Origin: Candidatus Heimdallarchaeota archaeon
GTDB taxonomy: Archaea > Asgardarchaeota > Heimdallarchaeia > Heimdallarchaeales > Heimdallarchaeaceae
Direction: 5' to 3'
Length of the DNA stretch: 64,000 nucleotides
Assembly: GCA_016840095.1 (NCBI GenBank)
Contig: JAEOSZ010000095.1
Coordinates: 46,060 to 110,059 of the forward strand
This document shows, in pieces, positions 58,857 to 64,000 of this stretch (positions within the stretch are counted from its first letter, which is position 1; the number at the start of each line of letters is the position of its first letter). Below the pieces are notes generated by a model that worked only from the letters and a program-made list of their open reading frames with translations, ran no database searches and was not told the origin of the DNA. The translations under genes were made by a program, and so were the position numbers.

Positions 58857-59648
58857 ATGGCAAAGTTAAAATTATATTCCTATTTCTTATTCTTGGTGAG
58901 AGAAATTTCATTTACTGAAAACGATGTGAATGATATAATCCAATTAATAAAAAACTCTAAGTATCTAGTTGCTTTTACTGGAGCAGGTATAAGCACAGAA
59001 TCGGGATTATCTGATTTTAGAGGTAAAGATGGAATCTGGACAAGAAGAGATAAGGGCTTACCACCAAAAAGGGGAAAGCATTTTGACGAAGTTGTACCAA
59101 ATGCTGCTCATTTAGCTTTAGTTGCTTTGCAAGATATGGGGATACTTAAGTTCGTGATTTCTCAGAATGTGGATAACTTACACCTTAAATCTGGTATAAA
59201 GTCTGAGTTATTGGCAGAGCTTCATGGAAATTACGTGTTTATGAAATGCATTGAATGTGATACTAGGTACAAAAGGGATGAGATAGGATGGGACAGAGAA
59301 GTACATGGAAGAGGTTTTCGAACAGAAGAACAACTCGATCACCAACCAATCTGTAGTAAATGTGAAGGAAGGTTAATTTCTTCAGTTGTGAACTTCAATG
59401 ATCCAATGCCAGAAAAAGAAATGACTATATCTAAGCAGCATACTGATAAATGTGATTTGATGTTAATAGTAGGATCTAGCTTAACTGTTTTTCCAGCTGC
59501 TGGATTACCTAGAAAAGCTCAAAGAACTGGTGCAAAATTGATAATAATAAACTTTGATTCCACACCTTTAGATGAGAAAGCTGATATTAAACTAGAAGTA
59601 AGTGCTAGTGAAATTCTATCTAAAGTTGTTGAAAAGCTGAAAGGATAG
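58857..59648 (+). CDS. Sir2-family NAD-dependent deacylase, SIRT6/7 (class IV)-like
   Basis: GAGISTESGLSDFRG..GIWT, SQNVDNLH, AELHGN, two CxxC pairs, GSSL. Confidence 0.9.
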   Translation: MAKLKLYSYFLFLVREISFTENDVNDIIQLIKNSKYLVAFTGAGISTESGLSDFRGKDGIWTRRDKGLPPKRGKHFDEVVPNAAHLALVALQDMGILKFVISQNVDNLHLKSGIKSELLAELHGNYVFMKCIECDTRYKRDEIGWDREVHGRGFRTEEQLDHQPICSKCEGRLISSVVNFNDPMPEKEMTISKQHTDKCDLMLIVGSSLTVFPAAGLPRKAQRTGAKLIIINFDSTPLDEKADIKLEVSASEILSKVVEKLKG

Positions 59649-59708
59649 CTTTTAATGAATGAGACTGGTTAATTAATTTTTTATAGAAGCTAATAATTGT
59701 AAATCTTT

Positions 59709-61805
59709 ATGTCAAAGCTAAAAGATTTAGTACAGAAATTCTATTCCGAGTTAATTTTATTCGCAATTTTGTTCCTGTTTTTCTTCCAAACTCTCTCTGA
59801 TTTGGTCGAAACAATATACGGATTTGCTCTTCTTAATCTTGAACCAGATGAAAACATTGCTGGTTTAGCTTTTCTATTAACTCCTCTCCTCATTGCAATT
59901 CCTTGGAAGAGAATATTCTTTTTTGTTTTCAAGAGGTCCATGAACACTGAACAACTTAAAAAATATGGCAGTAAGACTTCAGAAACTACTTTTGATACAA
60001 TCCTGATTTCTCTTGGAGGTTTGATGATTCTTTCTAGATTGTTAGACCCATTATTGAAAAGACAAGGAATACTAATAACATCTGGCTTGGCAGTAGGATG
60101 TTTCTTAGTCTTTTTCCCAATCTATCTAACTAGAAGAAAGAATGATGAGAAAAAAACAAGTATGACACTAGGTTATTCACTTGCAATTGCTGTAGCTTTT
60201 TCAATAGTATTCAGAACCCTGAATTCCTCAATTGATATCTCAATGTATGGTTGGTATCAAGTAATTGGATGGGTTCTAGGATTAATTGCAGGTGTGATGC
60301 TATTTGGTATGAAATTACATGGAGATACTCAGAAAGCAATTAAAGAGGAATTAGTTGAAACTGCGAAAAATGCTAGTTTTGGTAAAATTCTTGCATTAAC
60401 ATTCGGACTTGTGAGTATTTTCATCATCATCTGGTTTACTTTCTTAAGTCCAACAGTTGTTTCTAGATGGACTGATGGAAACTACATAGGAATAACACTT
60501 GGAATATTAGGTGTTCTGTGTGTATTTGTCATTATACACTTATTCAAAATAGATTTACTAAGAAAGTTAAAAACATGGATGCTTTGGGTATGGAATGGAG
60601 TCTTTTCTATATCGCTTTTCCTAACCGTACTTGTTCATCAATTGCCTTTTCCCAATGAATCAGCTTTATATCCAATACTAGACCCTCAACCAGCTTGGTT
60701 TTATCAAATACCTTTAGTAATAATGATACTTCTATCACCAATAATATATGTTGATTTTATGCTTTTAACAAGAGAAATTGTTAAAATAAAACCATCGAAA
60801 ATAACAATTGGTGGAAGTTTCATCATCTCTGGAAGTCTCTACATCATTGTGATGATATTTGTACAGATACTTCCAAATATCTGGGGATATCTTGAACCAA
60901 TAAGCACAGGATTTAGAGACATGTACTGGTTAGCGTTTTTCATACCAGGACTTATACTCACGCTTTCAGTCCTCTTAGTGAAACAAAAATCGCTAAATTT
61001 TGAGAAACTGTATAAAGATAAAAGAAGAAACTTGAGTGTAATATTACTTCTAAGCACAATTTTCTTAGGAACATTAGCTGGTACTCTAATAACAAAACCG
61101 TATCCAAATTACCCTACTGCAGGTAAAACTTCCTTAACTATAATGACTTATAATATTCAACAAGGAAGAAATGTATCTGGAGACAGAAATTATGATGCTC
61201 AAATTGAACTAATCAGACAAGTTGATCCTGACATACTTGGTCTTCAAGAATGTGACCCTACAAGAATTTCTGGAGGTAACCTTGATGTAGTAAGGTATTT
61301 TGCAGATAAGTTGAATATGTACTCGTATTATGGACCCAATACTGTCACCAACACGTATGGTTGTGCAATACTCTCTAAATTCCCCATATCAAATCCATTG
61401 TCTTTCTTCATGTTTAGTGATGAAGAGCAAATTGGTTCTGCACAAGCTGAAGTAACATTGGACTCTACAGTATACAACGTTTTTGTCAATCATCCTTCAG
61501 GAGCAAATTACACAAAATTCCTCCAAGTAGAAGAAATGTTAACTAGAGTGAATGGTTTAAACAACGTTATTTTTATGGGAGATTTCAACTTCAGAAAGGA
61601 TTCTGCTCAATATAGTATAACAACTGATCTTCTCAATGATAGTTGGTTACTCAAGTGGCCTACTGGATTAGATGACAATTTATACAATAGTACTGATAAT
61701 ATTGATCATATTTTTGTCAGCCCAGGTACAGTTGTACTTGATGCAAGGTATATCATATCAGACCAATCAGATCATCCTGCATATTGGATTAGTATTTCAA
61801 TCTAA
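59709..61805 (+). CDS. Polytopic membrane protein with C-terminal EEP (DNase I-like) domain, Cwh43/PGAP2IP-like
   Basis: About 12 TMs, then MTYNIQQG, LGLQE, YGCAILSKFPI, MGDFN, IDHIF, SDH. Confidence 0.85.
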   Translation: MSKLKDLVQKFYSELILFAILFLFFFQTLSDLVETIYGFALLNLEPDENIAGLAFLLTPLLIAIPWKRIFFFVFKRSMNTEQLKKYGSKTSETTFDTILISLGGLMILSRLLDPLLKRQGILITSGLAVGCFLVFFPIYLTRRKNDEKKTSMTLGYSLAIAVAFSIVFRTLNSSIDISMYGWYQVIGWVLGLIAGVMLFGMKLHGDTQKAIKEELVETAKNASFGKILALTFGLVSIFIIIWFTFLSPTVVSRWTDGNYIGITLGILGVLCVFVIIHLFKIDLLRKLKTWMLWVWNGVFSISLFLTVLVHQLPFPNESALYPILDPQPAWFYQIPLVIMILLSPIIYVDFMLLTREIVKIKPSKITIGGSFIISGSLYIIVMIFVQILPNIWGYLEPISTGFRDMYWLAFFIPGLILTLSVLLVKQKSLNFEKLYKDKRRNLSVILLLSTIFLGTLAGTLITKPYPNYPTAGKTSLTIMTYNIQQGRNVSGDRNYDAQIELIRQVDPDILGLQECDPTRISGGNLDVVRYFADKLNMYSYYGPNTVTNTYGCAILSKFPISNPLSFFMFSDEEQIGSAQAEVTLDSTVYNVFVNHPSGANYTKFLQVEEMLTRVNGLNNVIFMGDFNFRKDSAQYSITTDLLNDSWLLKWPTGLDDNLYNSTDNIDHIFVSPGTVVLDARYIISDQSDHPAYWISISI

Positions 61806-61918
61806 TCTTTTTTTCTTTTTTCCATGTTCTTTTTTAATTAGTGACAAATACTTATAAAGAACAAAAAAGATAGCTTTAATGATTCACAATTTTGTGAAGA
61901 GTGAAGGAAGTTTAACAA

Positions 61919-63502
61919 ATGAAAGTAAAAAAAATACTTTTTCCATTAATATTACTTCTAATGGTATTATCAATAATTCCAAGTGTAAGAGCTGACGTTA
62001 TCATAATTGGTGGAACCGAAGATCTTGTACCTCCGGATTTAATGAACTTTGAAATAACTCCTGATACAATTGATACTGGCACTTCGTCTCAAATTATAAC
62101 CTTTATTCTAAATATTACTGATGAGATGTCAGGGTTTGATTATCTATATCTATATCTTACCAGTCCTTCTCAGCAACAAGAACATACTATCATAATTCAT
62201 AGTTATCACGTAATCATTGGAGATGAATACAATGGAATATATCAAGTGCAATACACTATTCCACAATATTCAGAGTCAGGTACGTGGTACATAAGGAGAA
62301 TAGATTTCCATGATGATGTCACTAACATTCGATATGTTTATACACAGGATATAATTGATAGAGGTTTTAGTCCTTATCTATATGTTTCAGGTGGTCCTGA
62401 TTTAGCTATACCCATAATACTGGATTTGCAAATTGATCCAGATATAATCGATGTTAGCGGATATTCAAAAAGAGTTGATTTCACCTATCATATTACAGAT
62501 GAGCTTGCTGGTTTCTACTACTTATACGCTTATATTTACAGTCCATCTAACAAGCAACGCAGAGTTACTCTAATAACTCCATGGACAAACCTAATTTCAG
62601 GAGATGCCAATGATGGAATATATAAATATACTTTAGAATTTCCAGAACATCATGAAGCAGGATTTTGGAGAATACGTTTTATAGACATATATGATAATGC
62701 TCGGAATTATAGACGTATCTTTGAACCAGAACTGATTGATGCAGGATTAGAAACTAAGATTGAATTAATCTCTTATCCACATGATATAATAGCTCCTGTA
62801 CTAGAAGGTCTAGATATAGACCCAAGATTAGTAGATACAAGTGCTGGTCCCCAATCTGTATATTTCACATTCAATATATCTGACCACCTTGCAGGATTTG
62901 ATGTTCTATCCCTCTATTTAACTAGTCCATCTGGTGCTCAGGAATGGAGATTAACAGCTACAGCTAGAAATCATATGATTTCTGGTGATGTCTTTTCTGG
63001 AATATATAGAGAAAGAATAATACTACCTCAATATTCAGAAATAGGAACATGGAAAATAAGGAGAATTTGTCTTTTTGATAATGTCACAAATTATAGATGT
63101 TATAGTTATCAACAATTAGTTGATGGAGGTTTCAATCCAGATGTAGAGGTTGTTGACAGAGCAGAAGCTATAATTGATTTTGATCCTAACGCTTTGAATC
63201 TATTAAGTGAAGGAGTACCAGTTACAGTATACATAGAATTACCAATTGATTCAGACTATACTGTTCAAGATATTGACGTATGGACTATTCTACTAAATGG
63301 ACAAATATCAATACTAGATTTCCCCTATACCATAGGTGACTATGATCAAGATGGCATACCTGATCTCATGGTTAAATTTGATAGATCTGAAGTACAGAGT
63401 ATTTTAGAAGTAGGTAAAAAAATCGAAATAACAGTCACAGGAGAATTTACGAACGGTGCGATCTTCGAAGGTTTCGATATTATAAAAGTCATGAGTAAAT
63501 GA
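61919..63502 (+). CDS. Secreted protein with three tandem ~125-aa beta-sandwich repeats
   Basis: Repeated D..P.L...I.P..ID...ITD.LAGF...SPS..Q...ISGD...GIY...PQYSE.G.W.IR.I...D. Confidence 0.8.
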   Translation: MKVKKILFPLILLLMVLSIIPSVRADVIIIGGTEDLVPPDLMNFEITPDTIDTGTSSQIITFILNITDEMSGFDYLYLYLTSPSQQQEHTIIIHSYHVIIGDEYNGIYQVQYTIPQYSESGTWYIRRIDFHDDVTNIRYVYTQDIIDRGFSPYLYVSGGPDLAIPIILDLQIDPDIIDVSGYSKRVDFTYHITDELAGFYYLYAYIYSPSNKQRRVTLITPWTNLISGDANDGIYKYTLEFPEHHEAGFWRIRFIDIYDNARNYRRIFEPELIDAGLETKIELISYPHDIIAPVLEGLDIDPRLVDTSAGPQSVYFTFNISDHLAGFDVLSLYLTSPSGAQEWRLTATARNHMISGDVFSGIYRERIILPQYSEIGTWKIRRICLFDNVTNYRCYSYQQLVDGGFNPDVEVVDRAEAIIDFDPNALNLLSEGVPVTVYIELPIDSDYTVQDIDVWTILLNGQISILDFPYTIGDYDQDGIPDLMVKFDRSEVQSILEVGKKIEITVTGEFTNGAIFEGFDIIKVMSK

Positions 63503-63587
63503 TTTTTTCCTTCCCTTTTTTTCTTTCCGTATTTAATCAGCAAGCTATAAATAATATAACTGTCTAATTCTTATATTAGGGGTTCAA

Positions 63588-64000
63588 ATGAATTTAAAGA
63601 GTCAGAAAAGAAATTTAATAGTTATTTCATTGTTTAGTCTAATCTTCGTTTTATCAATTATAGGTATTCAAGCATATCCTTTATCTGAACCTATAATTGC
63701 AGATCATTCTATAGTAAATATGGTTAGACTGGATGAAATACCTGATTCAGCGATAATAAATGCAAAAAACAATCTACACATTGCTTATCAGCATACAAGT
63801 CATGGTTCTCAAATCACTAGTGCTATGAGTGTTCTACCATCTTTTAAGGAAGCTAATGGAGGAACAATTGATTTGTTTGATTATAATAGCACATTTTTAC
63901 ATGATTATGCCATGCCTTCAGTGGGTGATGTGGGATATCCAGGATGGGATAATGCAACAAGAGACTATTTAGATGATCCAGCTAATAGTGACTGTAATGT
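63588..64000 (+). CDS. Secreted protein, 3' end runs off the window
   Basis: Not in the ORF track. MNLKSQKRNLIVISLFSLIF...IPDSAIINAKNNLHIAYQHTSHGSQ, open to the window end. Confidence 0.75.
   Translation, partial: MNLKSQKRNLIVISLFSLIFVLSIIGIQAYPLSEPIIADHSIVNMVRLDEIPDSAIINAKNNLHIAYQHTSHGSQITSAMSVLPSFKEANGGTIDLFDYNSTFLHDYAMPSVGDVGYPGWDNATRDYLDDPANSDCN

Noticed and set aside
1-64000. CRISPR array, rRNA, DGR or retron
   Set aside because: No regularly spaced repeats, rRNA-like GC-rich tract or reverse transcriptase seen.

Overview
AT-rich (roughly 30% GC), gene-dense archaeal chromosomal window. It most likely comes from an Asgard archaeon (Heimdallarchaeia-like). This is inferred from a Rab-like small GTPase, longin- and DENN-like proteins, degenerate GTPase fusions, a membrane RING protein, Cdc6/Orc1, AMP phosphorylase and many C-terminally anchored surface proteins. 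Three coding regions are missing from the ORF track: the Rab-like GTPase at the left edge, a DUF123/GIY-YIG nuclease with no canonical start codon, and a secreted protein at the right edge. The window also holds a tRNA-Pro(GGG) split by two bulge-helix-bulge introns, one in the D-loop and one at 37/38. Other highlights: (1) a candidate RiPP pair, a 61-aa peptide plus an RRE-radical SAM-SPASM enzyme; (2) a tusA-sqr-tusA-dsrE2-dsrE-regulator sulfur-relay operon; (3) a solo TnpB element with a rearranged RuvC-II site, inverted terminal repeats and a structured omegaRNA-like 3' end; (4) several eukaryote-like proteins: a 7TM-longin fusion, a DENN-like protein, an ectodomain-TM-RING protein, a SIRT6/7-like sirtuin and a Cwh43/PGAP2IP-like protein. 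No CRISPR array, rRNA or integrase was seen. All family calls come from motif recognition by eye, without database searches.
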